A stretch of DNA of 63,958 bases, counting the filler, from Octopus bimaculoides (lineage: Eukaryota): NCBI RefSeq assembly GCF_001194135.2. It is 6 parts of 6 records of this genome, joined end to end, with 100 filler letters (N's around TTAATTAATTAA, not from the genome) between each part and the next. Parts side by side here need not be neighbours in the genome. Positions count along the whole stretch, not along the records: positions 25,228 to 45,745 come from NC_068994.1; positions 45,846 to 59,517 come from NC_068992.1; 4 more parts are not named here. One strand, 5' to 3'. The position numbers were made by a program, and so were the translations under genes. The notes under the pieces were generated by a model that saw nothing but the letters and a program-made list of their open reading frames with translations, was not told the DNA's origin and did no database searches. Of the stretch, positions 36,893 to 50,035 are shown piece after piece (positions within the stretch are counted from its first letter, which is position 1; each line of letters opens with the position of its first letter).

Positions 36893-37002
36893 GGAATGAG
36901 AACTCAGGTTCGAAATTTCCCCAAGACACCTGATGAAGGCTGGAGGGTATATCAGCCGAAACGTTGTGTTAACAACAAACAAGATGAGGACAAATATCCG
37001 TG
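36893..37002 (+). mobile_element. PLE-type terminal repeat carrying a hammerhead ribozyme
   Basis: Second copy at 30105; contains the motif in the next feature. Confidence 0.75.
36925..36970 (+). ncRNA. Minimal type I hammerhead ribozyme (PLE-associated, dimer-competent)
   Basis: Stem I GACAC/GTGTT, core CTGATGA (36930-36936), one extra A, stem II GGCTG/CAGCC, GAAA (36958-36961), palindromic AACGTT stem III, predicted cleavage after GUU at 36965. Confidence 0.8.
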
Positions 37003-37116
37003 TAAAGCCGGATGTTTGCTGTTATCGTTTAATTGCTCGTGTAATCGCGGTCATAGACACTTTATCGGCGTTCCCACAACTTAAACCACGTTGCCATTGA
37101 GATGGTGACAGCTGGG

Positions 37117-37152
<36 letters not shown>

Positions 37153-37249
37153 GGAAGAAAGAAAGAAAGAAAGAACGAAAGAAAGAAAGAAAGATAGAAA
37201 GAAAGAAAGAAACAAACAAACAAACAGACAAAGGGAAAAGCTGCACTGG

Positions 37250-37345
37250 TACTAGGTCGATATACATGATCTGAGTGTTTGTCTTACTCAAGGACAAAAA
37301 ACGCCGCCCGGTCCAGTAATCGAACCAAAAAACTTATGATCCTAA
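37250..37345 (-). mobile_element. SINE family C head fragment
   Basis: Reverse complement reads GGTTCGATTACTGGACCGGGCGGCG..TGTCCTTGAGTAAGACAAACAC (B-box-like plus core). Confidence 0.65.
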
Positions 37346-37621
37346 GCTCAACAACCAAGTCACAAGGCCACGTAGCTTCACACACACAAACACACTCCAC
37401 CCCCACCCACCCTACACACACAGTACAGACATACATACATACATACACACATACATACACACATACATACATGCTTACATACATACATACATACACAAAC
37501 GCAGACATACATCCATACATGCATACATACATACATCCATCCATACATACATACATACATACATAAATACATACACACACATACATTCATCCATACATAC
37601 ATACATACACAAATATGATAG

Positions 37622-37680
37622 ATTACTGTGTGTCTTGCTCAAGGACACAATTGTGTGTATCTTACCCAGTCCAGTAATCG
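37622..37680 (-). mobile_element. SINE family C head fragment, cut by a gap
   Basis: GTGTCTTGCTCAAGGACACAA..CCAGTCCAGTAATCG. Confidence 0.6.
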
Positions 37681-38706
37681 NNNNNNNNNNNNNNNNNNNN
37701 NNNNNNNNNNNNNNNNNNNNNNNNNNNNNNNNNNNNNNNNNNNNNNNNNNNNNNNNNNNNNNNNNNNNNNNNNNNNNNNNNNNNNNNNNNNNNNNNNNNN
37801 NNNNNNNNNNNNNNNNNNNNNNNNNNNNNNNNNNNNNNNNNNNNNNNNNNNNNNNNNNNNNNNNNNNNNNNNNNNNNNNNNNNNNNNNNNNNNNNNNNNN
37901 NNNNNNNNNNNNNNNNNNNNNNNNNNNNNNNNNNNNNNNNNNNNNNNNNNNNNNNNNNNNNNNNNNNNNNNNNNNNNNNNNNNNNNNNNNNNNNNNNNNN
38001 NNNNNNNNNNNNNNNNNNNNNNNNNNNNNNNNNNNNNNNNNNNNNNNNNNNNNNNNNNNNNNNNNNNNNNNNNNNNNNNNNNNNNNNNNNNNNNNNNNNN
38101 NNNNNNNNNNNNNNNNNNNNNNNNNNNNNNNNNNNNNNNNNNNNNNNNNNNNNNNNNNNNNNNNNNNNNNNNNNNNNNNNNNNNNNNNNNNNNNNNNNNN
38201 NNNNNNNNNNNNNNNNNNNNNNNNNNNNNNNNNNNNNNNNNNNNNNNNNNNNNNNNNNNNNNNNNNNNNNNNNNNNNNNNNNNNNNNNNNNNNNNNNNNN
38301 NNNNNNNNNNNNNNNNNNNNNNNNNNNNNNNNNNNNNNNNNNNNNNNNNNNNNNNNNNNNNNNNNNNNNNNNNNNNNNNNNNNNNNNNNNNNNNNNNNNN
38401 NNNNNNNNNNNNNNNNNNNNNNNNNNNNNNNNNNNNNNNNNNNNNNNNNNNNNNNNNNNNNNNNNNNNNNNNNNNNNNNNNNNNNNNNNNNNNTATGTGC
38501 GTGCGTGTGTATGTGTGTGCGCGCGCGTGAATATCTTGTATGTATGTATGTATGTATGTATGTATGTATGTATGTATGTATGCACGCATGTAAGTATGTA
38601 TGTATGTATGATTGTATGTGTATATATATATATGTATGTATGCACGTATGATTGTATGTATGCATGTATGTATGTATGTGTGTGTGTATGTATGTATGTA
38701 TGTATG

Positions 38707-39153
38707 TTATCAATCAGTTTCATTTCTGTATTTCTTGTCCATAGAGAAAGAGCCGGACTCTAACATAGATTCAAGGCTCCTTCATTGGAACTTTTATCAA
38801 CATCATCTAGGTATTTGTGCATATGTGTGTGTGTGCAGTATTTGGTGTTAGTGTATGCGCAGATTTGTATGTTTGTTTTATGGATGCGTTTTAGATGCAT
38901 GCATATGTATTTATGTGCTAAATTTTTGGAAAGTTTTACATATCTTTACAGTTCCATTGATGGCTTGAATCTGTAGTCTTCTAATCAGCCTTTTTCTTTC
39001 AGGTTTTGAGAACCCTAATTTTTCCAGGTTTTTGTTGAGGCAGTTCGTTACATATCCCAATGCCCCAACAATCACGGGTATGAATCTGAACTTGTAGTCT
39101 GGGTGGAGTATCTGTAAATTTCTCAGTAGCTCGGCGTAGTTGTTCTCTTTTTC
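38707..39153 (-). mobile_element. RLE LINE family 1, 3' end, flanked on both sides by (CATA)n
   Basis: EKENNYAELLRNLQILHPDYKFRFIPVIVGALGYV..EKLGFSKPERKRLIRRLQIQAINGTVKICKTFQKF*; 3' UTR homologous to 21300-21418. Confidence 0.9.
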
Positions 39154-39263
39154 ATGTATGTATGTATGTATGTAGGTTTGTATGTATGTTTGTATGTATA
39201 GCAAACAAGACTGTTTCTTTCAGCCAGTCGTTGTTTTTCACACTCTCTGCTGCCGATACTATA

Positions 39264-39325
<62 letters not shown>

Positions 39326-39338
39326 CTCTCACTCTCTC

Positions 39339-39370
<32 letters not shown>

Positions 39371-40111
39371 AGTATGTGTGTGTGTGTTTGTGTAAGCGTA
39401 GACAGACAACATGCACATACACCTACTTACCTAACTACCTTCATACAATCATACATAGATACATACAAGCACACATAAGCATGCTATTGAGCGCCAGTAT
39501 GCATACTTACTCACACACTGAGTACAAAGTTGCAATTGTTATCTCACTGGCAGCAATGGCGGATGACAGTTGATTTAATTTAATGAGGCCAACATCACGA
39601 GTGGACTTGGTCGCTTAGGAGAGTGGCTGGCCTTGATCTACTATTACATATATATATATATATATATGCATACATGCATATACATATATACATATATACG
39701 TAGGCATGTGTGAATATGCATGTATATATATATATGTATATATATATATAAACACATAAATATGTGCATATGTATACATATCTTCACATGCATATACATT
39801 TATATATGTATATAGACATGTATATATATACATATGTATGCATATATATTTACTCACAAACACACGGGCATACATACATATATATGCATACACACACACA
39901 TACACACACACATATATATATATATATGTATATATATATGTGTGTTTGTGTGTATTCCTGGAAAAAAATATATATGCATGTATATGCATGTACGTATGTA
40001 TGTATGCCTACTTATAGTGGCAGTGGTGTTGACGGTGATGTAACGGTGCTGGTGTCGGCGGTGATGTCCTGACTGTATATGCAACGAAAGCAAGAGAGTT
40101 GGAAAGAACAA

Positions 40112-40169
<58 letters not shown>

Positions 40170-40707
40170 GGTGGTGGTGGTGGTGGTGGTAACTTCTTTC
40201 TTTTACCCCCTCTGACATATCGGCTCCATGTATGTATGTATTCAAATACGACTTGTTTGGCTGGGTAGCTGATTGGCCGGATGATTAGATGACTGAATGA
40301 CTGGTTGAGTGGGTAGCTAAATGGATGGATGGATGGATGGATGGATGGATGGATGAAATCCCGCTTCCATAATAAAGTTGAAAATAAATAAATAAATAAA
40401 GACATCGAACATGATATATTGCCGTGAAAGCCAGCAAGAAATTTACGTACAAAATATCACTTCCATTAAAAATGAAAAAAAAGAATCCAATCTCATTATG
40501 AAAGTCTTGTGTGCGTACGATTTTATATATTTTTCTCTCCTAGTTGGGTGCACACAAGTATTGAGTTTAAAGGGAAAATTGACTAAAAATTTCGAATGAG
40601 ATTTTTAGGTAAAGCGAAGAGGCCAGATAAGATGCACTTTACAAAGATAATTTTTAAGTGGAACAGTAAAAGAATGCAAAATTTTGCGGAAGTTCAACAT
40701 ACGAGAT

Positions 40708-40830
40708 GCAGACGTGGCTGTGTGGTAAAAAATTTCCTGGTCAACCATATGGCTCCGGGTTCATTTCCATCGTCTTGTACCTTATGCCAGCAAGTGGCTT
40801 ATACGATATCGCCCTCGGGGCGATTAACTT
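40708..40830 (+). mobile_element. SINE family A head, degenerate
   Basis: GTGGCTGTGTGGTAA..CCATATGGCTCCGGGTTCA.. Confidence 0.5.
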
Positions 40831-41059
40831 TTTAGCAGTCAGGTTACTCTATCAAGTGTAAAACTTCTTTACTTACATTGCTTTCGATTTATCAGAAACG
40901 CAGCAGGACTAACAACAAAACCTGTGAAAAGTACGTATAAACCTAGTGTAGCTTCAAGGACAATCTAACAATATCACAGGTCCTCAGAAACTCTGAGTTG
41001 GTGTCCGAGCTTGAAGACTACTGAGTGTGAGGCACTCCTTAGCTTTTGTTAAAGCATGT

Positions 41060-41330
41060 CTTTGGAAGGAGGTATGCAGTAAATGGCATTGGAAGAAGAT
41101 ATGCAATAAATGGCATTGAACACTTTAGGGATCATTTGTTTGCGCTTGAGATATAGGCGTTCGCTCACGCAATCCTGAGCCTGCGAACCATATCGGCACA
41201 GGACATCTTGCATCGGCTTGCTTCTGGTACATGTCAGTAGAGCGGAAATGATCTGTGAGGTTCTGTCCAAACTTTATTGAGCCGACAAGTTTACGCAATC
41301 GCTGACGAAGGTGCCGAGACAAGCATGGAA
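41060..41330 (-). mobile_element. Possible decayed PLE GIY-YIG C-terminal remnant
   Basis: Weak: GQNLTDHF and YGSQAQ..ERL....IPKVFN resemble PLE endonuclease-end motifs; includes a 27-bp local duplication at about 41064-41118. Confidence 0.28.
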
Positions 41331-41620
41331 GTGGCAGACGAGAACCAGGGAGATTCCGATTGGTGATGCAATAACCTCATGCGAGAGCATTGCTAGCGTT
41401 TTTGCATGGGCAGTGGCTAGCCATCGTCATCTTTATCATATATATATATATCCTGGGGTTAAAATATCGCAGTAGAGTCTGCTTGAACGGACAGCCATGT
41501 TAAAGTGGCTACGAATATTACTCATATACACACAGACACATAAATATATACATTATACATACATACATACGTACGTACATAAAACATGCATAAATATATA
41601 TGCGTGTGTGTTTGTGTGCA

Positions 41621-41675
<55 letters not shown>

Positions 41676-41932
41676 GTATATGTGTGTAGGGGTTGTATGT
41701 ATGTATGTATGTATGTATGTATGTATATGTGTGTGCGTAGGGGTTGTATGTATTATGTATGTATGTATGTATGTATATTCATCTATCTATAACATATATA
41801 TTATATGTTTGTTATACGCAAGTATACGCAAGCATATATGTACATATATGTACATATATACGTATACATATAAGTACATACATGTGTATATATATATATA
41901 TATATATGCATACATGTATATATATACATACA

Positions 41933-41978
<46 letters not shown>

Positions 41979-42412
41979 CAATAAGTGTATTTGTTTAAGT
42001 GTGCGATCATTCGTGCGAAAGACCTCCATGCTGTGCTTTATCAGCCAGTTGTTTTCTTTGTCAGGCGTGTTNNNNNNNNNNAAAAAAAAAAAAAAAAAAA
42101 AAAAAAAAATAATGTTAACACCAACGACAATTGTAATTTTAAAATTTTCTTCATAACTTGCACATGGGTATCATAAACACAAGGCAATGCGATATTATTG
42201 CAGACATTGTTTGGAAGCGTACATAATTGCATTTATGCATGTATGTATGTATGTATGTGTGTGTGTATGTATGCATCTATGTCGGAATGTGTGTATGTGT
42301 ACATGTATATAGGTAGGTAATGAATGTATGTATATGTGAATGTCTGTATATATAGCGAGTGTGATACATATGCAGTTATGAATGCAAGAGGAATGTATTA
42401 TGCGCGGATATA

Positions 42413-42650
42413 CAGTTTGGCCAAAAGTCACCCGACAGTAAATCAAAATTCCATAAATACTTAATATTCAATTTTATTTATTCATTACAATTATGAATGG
42501 TTAATAATTAAATGCTGTGACTTAAAAATCACCGTTTTTCCTTCGTTTTTTTCAACAGTTGTCCATTTATTAGCGAAGTCTCATTTAAAATAATTTTTTT
42601 GTTTTAATCTTGAAATTGATTTACTGTCAGGTGACTTTTGGCCAACCTTG
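42413..42650. mobile_element. 238-bp Tc1/mariner-type MITE
   Basis: About 35-bp TIRs CAG.TTGGCCAAAAGTCACC.GACAGTAAATCAA / TTGATTTACTGTCAGGTGACTTTTGGCCAACCTTG, TA on both flanks, AT-rich interior. Confidence 0.9.
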
Positions 42651-45489
42651 TATGTGTATGNNNNNNNNNNNNNNNNNNNNNNNNNNNNNNNNNNNNNNNN
42701 NNNNNNNNNNNNNNNNNNNNNNNNNNNNNNNNNNNNNNNNNNNNNNNNNNNNNNNNNNNNNNNNNNNNNNNNNNNNNNNNNNNNNNNNNNNNNNNNNNNN
42801 NNNNNNNNNNNNNNNNNNNNNNNNNNNNNNNNNNNNNNNNNNNNNNNNNNNNNNNNNNNNNNNNNNNNNNNNNNNNNNNNNNNNNNNNNNNNNNNNNNNN
42901 NNNNNNNNNNNNNNNNNNNNNNNNNNNNNNNNNNNNNNNNNNNNNNNNNNNNNNNNNNNNNNNNNNNNNNNNNNNNNNNNNNNNNNNNNNNNNNNNNNNN
43001 NNNNNNNNNNNNNNNNNNNNNNNNNNNNNNNNNNNNNNNNNNNNNNNNNNNNNNNNNNNNNNNNNNNNNNNNNNNNNNNNNNNNNNNNNNNNNNNNNNNN
43101 NNNNNNNNNNNNNNNNNNNNNNNNNNNNNNNNNNNNNNNNNNNNNNNNNNNNNNNNNNNNNNNNNNNNNNNNNNNNNNNNNNNNNNNNNNNNNNNNNNNN
43201 NNNNNNNNNNNNNNNNNNNNNNNNNNNNNNNNNNNNNNNNNNNNNNNNNNNNNNNNNNNNNNNNNNNNNNNNNNNNNNNNNNNNNNNNNNNNNNNNNNNN
43301 NNNNNNNNNNNNNNNNNNNNNNNNNNNNNNNNNNNNNNNNNNNNNNNNNNNNNNNNNNNNNNNNNNNNNNNNNNNNNNNNNNNNNNNNNNNNNNNNNNNN
43401 NNNNNNNNNNNNNNNNNNNNNNNNNNNNNNNNNNNNNNNNNNNNNNNNNNNNNNNTAGTGGTTGCGTGCCACCACCGATTGACAACCAATGCTTGTTTGT
43501 TTACGCTCCCGCCATGTAGCGGTTCGGCAAAACAGATCGATATAGGCATATATATATATATATAAAGAAAACAAAACGAAAATGGAACAAGAACGTGACA
43601 GGCGACAACAAAACATCTGGACAGTTAGACGATACAAAAAAAAAAAGACAGGAAAAGACAAAGACGGGTCATTCGGAGCTTCCTATCCTCAGTCGAGTTC
43701 CAGATCGTCTTTGCAGTTTCGGCCGGTTACACTCGAGACTGCTCTAATCTGGCCAGCCCCAAGAGAATTGAAGCTAAGAGCACTAAATTCTTGGAAGAAA
43801 GCAAGCAAATGTATACGGAGACGAGGACGACAAAACAAAAACCGGAGAAAAGGTACACATTTACAAATACGATAAAAGTACATGCTCCCAAACATACGGA
43901 TATAGATAACAGTACACTAATTTGCGTTCACACGAATTTACATATATGTAGAGACACAATCACACGTGCTGAACTATACACTAATACGCACACACACACA
44001 CACACACATACGCGCACACATACACACACACGCACACGCACAAGAATAGAAAAATGAAAACTCACACCTGCAATTATGTGTGTATGAGTGTGTCAACTCT
44101 TGCAAGATATATATGTGTGTGTGTGCGTGTGTGTGTACATACACATACATACGTACATACATACATACATATATAGGTATATTATATATATATATATATA
44201 TATATTATTATAAGATCTGGTAATTAGTCATATATTAATATATTAATTAATATCGATTAATTATCAGGGGGCCAGCACATTTAAAGAATCAAAGAGATTC
44301 AGAAATATTATCTGCAATCTCAGGGGATTAAGGTACATTTTAAAAATAACGTCGACCACTAACGTGGACAATTAATGCGCTAGAAATAGATCACATTTTG
44401 TGTCCATTAAGACCTAAAAAGTTCTCAACATGAAATATAGCAGCATACCAAAAACGTGAGCGCTTTTTTTAGGTGATTNNNNNNNNNNNNNNNNNNNNNN
44501 NNNNNNNNNNNNNNNNNNNNNNNNNNNNNNNNNNNNNNNNNNNNNNNNNNNNNNNNNNNNNNNNNNNNNNNNNNNNNNNNNNNNNNNNNNNNNNNNNNNN
44601 NNNNNNNNNNNNNNNNNNNNNNNNNNNNNNNNNNNNNNNNNNNNNNNNNNNNNNNNNNNNNNNNNNNNNNNNNNNNNNNNNNNNNNNNNNNNNNNNNNNN
44701 NNNNNNNNNNNNNNNNNNNNNNNNNNNNNNNNNNNNNNNNNNNNNNNNNNNNNNNNNNNNNNNNNNNNNNNNNNNNNNNNNNNNNNNNNNNNNNNNNNNN
44801 NNNNNNNNNNNNNNNNNNNNNNNNNNNNNNNNNNNNNNNNNNNNNNNNNNNNNNNNNNNNNNNNNNNNNNNNNNNNNNNNNNNNNNNNNNNNNNNNNNNN
44901 NNNNNNNNNNNNNNNNNNNNNNNNNNNNNNNNNNNNNNNNNNNNNNNNNNNNNNNNNNNNNNNNNNNNNNNNNNNNNNNNNNNNNNNNNNNNNNNNNNNN
45001 NNNNNNNNNNNNNNNNNNNNNNNNNNNNNNNNNNNNNNNNTATATATATATATATATATATATATATGCATAAATAAATGTATGTGTGTGTGTATAGGTA
45101 CAGAAAAGCCTATGTACACCGTTCCAAGGACGCATACCTATGCCATTGTTAGTCTTATCAATCTAGAACTCCCACCTCCACCCCCATCGCCTCCGCTGTC
45201 ACTGCTTATATATATCACGTGGTAGTGTAAGACGTGGTCACAGGTCTGCTGGAAATAGCAGCCGATACTTCTCGATGGAAATCACACGCTACCGTGTTTG
45301 CAAACTAGGATATATCGCTTACTTAGTGAGGCGGTGGGAGGTGGTGGGGGGAGGTCCCGAGGTTCTCGGCATGTATGGGGAAGAAAGGCTGGCCGTTTCT
45401 GGAATGCTATTATGCTTATTAATCGGAGATGTGAGAAAAGCAGGTCTGTGCCGAGCTTAAACAACAACAACACTAACCGCTACATGTCA

Positions 45490-45511
45490 ACTGCTACTAC
45501 TGCAGCTGTTG

Positions 45512-45554
<43 letters not shown>

Positions 45555-45697
45555 AGCTGCTGCTGCTGTTGCTACTACTACTACTACAGCTGCTGCTGCT
45601 GTTGCTACTACTACTACTACAGCTGCTGCTGCTGTTGCTACTACTACTGCTACACAATGGCATAGACGATGACTACCACTACTACTACAACTATGCG

Positions 45698-45745
<48 letters not shown>
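45490..45745. repeat. Compound (CTA)n/(GCT)n array with a 33-bp higher-order unit x3
   Basis: CAGCTGCTGCTGCTGTTGCTACTACTACTACTA repeated. Confidence 0.85.
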
Positions 45746-46085
45746 NNNNNNNNNNNNNNNNNNNNNNNNNNNNNNNNNNNNNNNNNNNNTTAATTAATTA
45801 ANNNNNNNNNNNNNNNNNNNNNNNNNNNNNNNNNNNNNNNNNNNNTGTTGTTCGAAAAAAATTTCGTTTTGTATGTTTTCGTTTTTAACTTTTCACTTCT
45901 CATTGTGTTTAACGTTTTTTTTTTTAATGTCCTGTAGCATGAATATATACATATATATGTAGGTATCTACATATATGTATGGATGTATGCATATATTTAT
46001 ATATTATTTATATTATTATATGTTCGAACGCCACGCATCATTTTCCAAGTAAGTTTTGTCTATATATATATATATGTGTGTGTGT

Positions 46086-46146
<61 letters not shown>

Positions 46147-46309
46147 CAGTATTAGTAGTAGTAGTAGTAGTAGTTGTAGTAGTAGTAGTAGTTTTAAAAG
46201 TAGCACGCGAGTTGATATGTATAAGGAAAATACGACCAATAGCTAGAAAATCAAAAATGAGTTAATCATGAAATATATTTTGTATCTATCTCTCTCTCTC
46301 TCTATCTCC

Positions 46310-46358
<49 letters not shown>

Positions 46359-47335
46359 CATTTCAAGGCTCGGTAGCTAGTAGCAGGAGAAGAAGAAGAA
46401 GAAGAAGAAGAAGAAGAAGAAGAAGAAGANNNNNNNNNNNNNNNNNNNNNNNNNNNNNNNNNNNNNNNNNNNNNNNNNNNNNNNNNNNNNNNNNNNNNNN
46501 NNNNNNNNNNNNNNNNNNNNNNNNNNNNNNNNNNNNNNNNNNNNNNNNNNNNNNNNNNNNNNNNNNNNNNNNNNNNNNNNNNNNNNNNNNNNNNNNNNNN
46601 NNNNNNNNNNNNNNNNNNNNNNNNNNNNNNNNNNNNNNNNNNNNNNNNNNNNNNNNNNNNNNNNNNNNNNNNNNNNNNNNNNNNNNNNNNNNNNNNNNNN
46701 NNNNNNNNNNNNNNNNNNNNNNNNNNNNNNNNNNNNNNNNNNNNNNNNNNNNNNNNNNNNNNNNNNNNNNNNNNNNNNNNNNNNNNNNNNNNNNNNNNNN
46801 NNNNNNNNNNNNNNNNNNNNNNNNNNNNNNNNNNNNNNNNNNNNNNNNNNNNNNNNNNNNNNNNNNNNNNNNNNNNNNNNNNNNNNNNNNNNNNNNNNNN
46901 NNNNNNNNNNNNNNNNNNNNNNNNNNNNNNNNNNNNNNNNNNNNNNNNNNNNNNNNNNNNNNNNNNNNNNNNNNNNNNNNNNNNNNNNNNNNNNNNNNNN
47001 NNNNNNNNNNNNNNNNNNNNNNNNNNNNNNNNNNNNNNNNNNNNNNNNNNNNNNNNNNNNNNNNNNNNNNNNNNNNNNNNNNNNNNNNNNNNNNNNNNNN
47101 NNNNNNNNNNNNNNNNNNNNNNNNNNNNNNNNNNNNNNNNNNNNNNNNNNNNNNNNNNNNNNNNNNNNNNNNNNNNNNNNNNNNNNNNNNNNNNNNNNNN
47201 NNNNNNNNNNNNNNNNNNNNNNNNNNNNNNNNNNNNNNNNNNNNNNNNNNNNNNNNNNNNNNNNNNNNNNNNNNNNNNNNNNNNNNNNNNNNNNNNNNNN
47301 NNNNNNNNNNNNNNNNNNNNNNNNNNNNNNNNNNN

Positions 47336-47390
<55 letters not shown>

Positions 47391-48972
47391 ATACACAAGG
47401 ACGGACAGCAACTCACATTCAAACACAGAGACACAGTCACAATAACAGACATCTACGCATTCATTCCAAGTAACACACACACACACACGCACGCACTATT
47501 CATGGCCACACACACTTGAAACGAAGTGAATGTTCTTTAGACAAATATCCGTTTAAGAAGTCACTAAATATTTTAATTGTTTCTTAAGTACATTTATATT
47601 TTCCTAAAAGCGTATGCATTATAATTATATCGATTACCGGAAATATGAATACAGCTAATGCCAAGACTGGTATCGATTTCATTGACCCCCGCCAAAATTT
47701 AAATTGAACCAGTTTTCGTTTTGACTTGAAATGAAAATGTAAATTTTATAATTGGTCGTTCAACAGATACTTCGAACTTAAATCCCTAAGTAGCCATATT
47801 ATGAGGTTTAAGCACATTCTCACAGACACACAAAGATGCGCGCCATACACTTATACATACGCACCTGTGCACACACATAAACACACTAGATTTTCACACA
47901 CACAGACAGACACACTTATACACATATACATATGTCGCGACATATCGAATGAAATAATTGCGCTTAAAAGATTGTGAGAAAATTAAAAAGCACTCTAGCA
48001 AGAATGTGACATCTGGGACATGTTTATATCCATACATACATACATACATACATACATACATACACACATACACACACATATATATGCAAATATATACACA
48101 GCGCACACGGGCGCACACACACACACACACAAGAATATATATGCGTGACTGTGCATAAATATTTATGAGTGTGTGTGTGTGTATACATATATATATGTAT
48201 ATAACGTATATACATATAACATAAAGACACAAATACAAGTGTTATATATATATATGTATGCATGTATATATATANNNNNNNNNNNNNNNNNNNNNNNNNN
48301 NNNNNNNNNNNNNNNNNNNNNNNNNNNNNNNNNNNNNNNNNNNNNNNNNNNNNNNNNNNNNNNNNNNNNNNNNNNNNNNNNNNNNNNNNNNNNNNNNNNN
48401 NNNNNNNNNNNNNNNNNNNNNNNNNNNNNNNNNNNNNNNNNNNNNNNNNNNNNNNNNNNNNNNNNNNNNNNNNNNNNNNNNNNNNNNNNNNNNNNNNNNN
48501 NNNNNNNNNNNNNNNNNNNNNNNNNNNNNNNNNNNNNNNNNNNNNNNNNNNNNNNNNNNNNNNNNNNNNNNNNNNNNNNNNNNNNNNNNNNNNNNNNNNN
48601 NNNNNNNNNNNNNNNNNNNNNNNNNNNNNNNNNNNNNNNNNNNNNNNNNNNNNNNNNNNNNNNNNNNNNNNNNNNNNNNNNNNNNNNNNNNNNNNNNNNN
48701 NNNNNNNNNNNNNNNNNNNNNNNNNNNNNNNNNNNNNNNNNNNNNNNNNNNNNGATGAAGACAGAGACTGAATAACTGACAAAACAAACTGATAGCTGTG
48801 CACCCAAGAGAGGGTCGTGAGAAAATTAACAGATACCGAAAAATGAATGCGTCATCTGGAACATGCATACGGCTCACCCTTTCTTTCTGACAGCCTTTCG
48901 GGCTGTCCCCTTGTTCTTCTTACTTGTCTCTTTTTCCAACCAACTCGTGCGCATGTGTGTGTGTGTGTGTGT

Positions 48973-49003
<31 letters not shown>

Positions 49004-49156
49004 GTTGACTATAGGAAAGTGTTTATTCCGGCGTGTATATATGTGCGTGGGTGTATACGTGTATGTACGCATGTATGTATATATGTGCGTGTATATGTGT
49101 GCATGTATGTATGTTTCTATATATTTTACACACACACACACACACACATACACACA

Positions 49157-49210
<54 letters not shown>

Positions 49211-49842
49211 GATATATAGATATATGTACACACATGCAGAAAGATACAAACGAGAGAGACGGACAAGGGACAGAGGGGAGCAGTATTATGGTCGATAAAC
49301 ACAGGTAGCCTGTAGACGTATATTTACGTTCAGTACAAAGTACAGATTACAGAATGAAGGAACAAGATATCAGAAGAATAAAAGAATTGTATAAATCCAT
49401 ATCTCCACTGCTATTTCGAGAGAAGCCATAACGTACGTAATAACCATATTCATACGTATATTCACGTTGCCATTGTTATGTGTCCGGCGAAAGTTCCTGG
49501 TAAAATTTTTATAGTAATTTAGACGTTTCTCATGAAGTTGGGCACAGGAGAAAATAATCACCTTGATTTACTAAAATGATGATAGAGGGGGAGAGAGACA
49601 GAGAGATAGACAGAGATAGACAGATAGACAGAGACAGACAGAAAGATAGACAGATAGGCAGATAAAAAGTAAAGAGAGTAGCAAAACCCTTGGCATATAT
49701 CGTGACCATCGCAATTAAAGATGGGCGACAGTCTTCAAAATCGAGAATTTTCTGAGATAAGAATGACATTCAACAAACGAGAGTAGACAGAGAGCAGATG
49801 GAAAGAGTAAGATATTTAATATTAACAAAAAAGATTAGCCGT

Positions 49843-50035
49843 GTTAGCAGGCTGGACAAAATGCTTAGCGGTATTTCGTCCGTCTTTATGTTTTGAGTTC
49901 AAATACCACCGTATACGACTTTACCTTTCATCATTTCGGGGCCGGTATAATAAGGAGCATCATCAGTGCGGGTGCTGTTATTGACTTTTCCCCTCCCTCG
50001 AAATTGCTGACATGGCAGCAATCTTTGAAAGTTAT
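49843..50035 (+). mobile_element. SINE family B, degenerate
   Basis: AAATGCTTAGCGGTATTTCGTCCGTC..GAGTTCAAATACC..CTTTACCTTTCATCATTTCGGGG. Confidence 0.7.

Noticed and set aside
41295-41325. CTGACGAAGGTGCCGAGAC hammerhead-like string
   Set aside because: Stem II only 2 bp, GAGA instead of GAAA, no cleavage triplet or stem I.
43660-43760. Minus-strand CCGAAAC..CTGAGGA..CCGAAT resembling hammerhead boxes
   Set aside because: Neither type I nor type II topology can be completed; probably an unclassified interspersed repeat.
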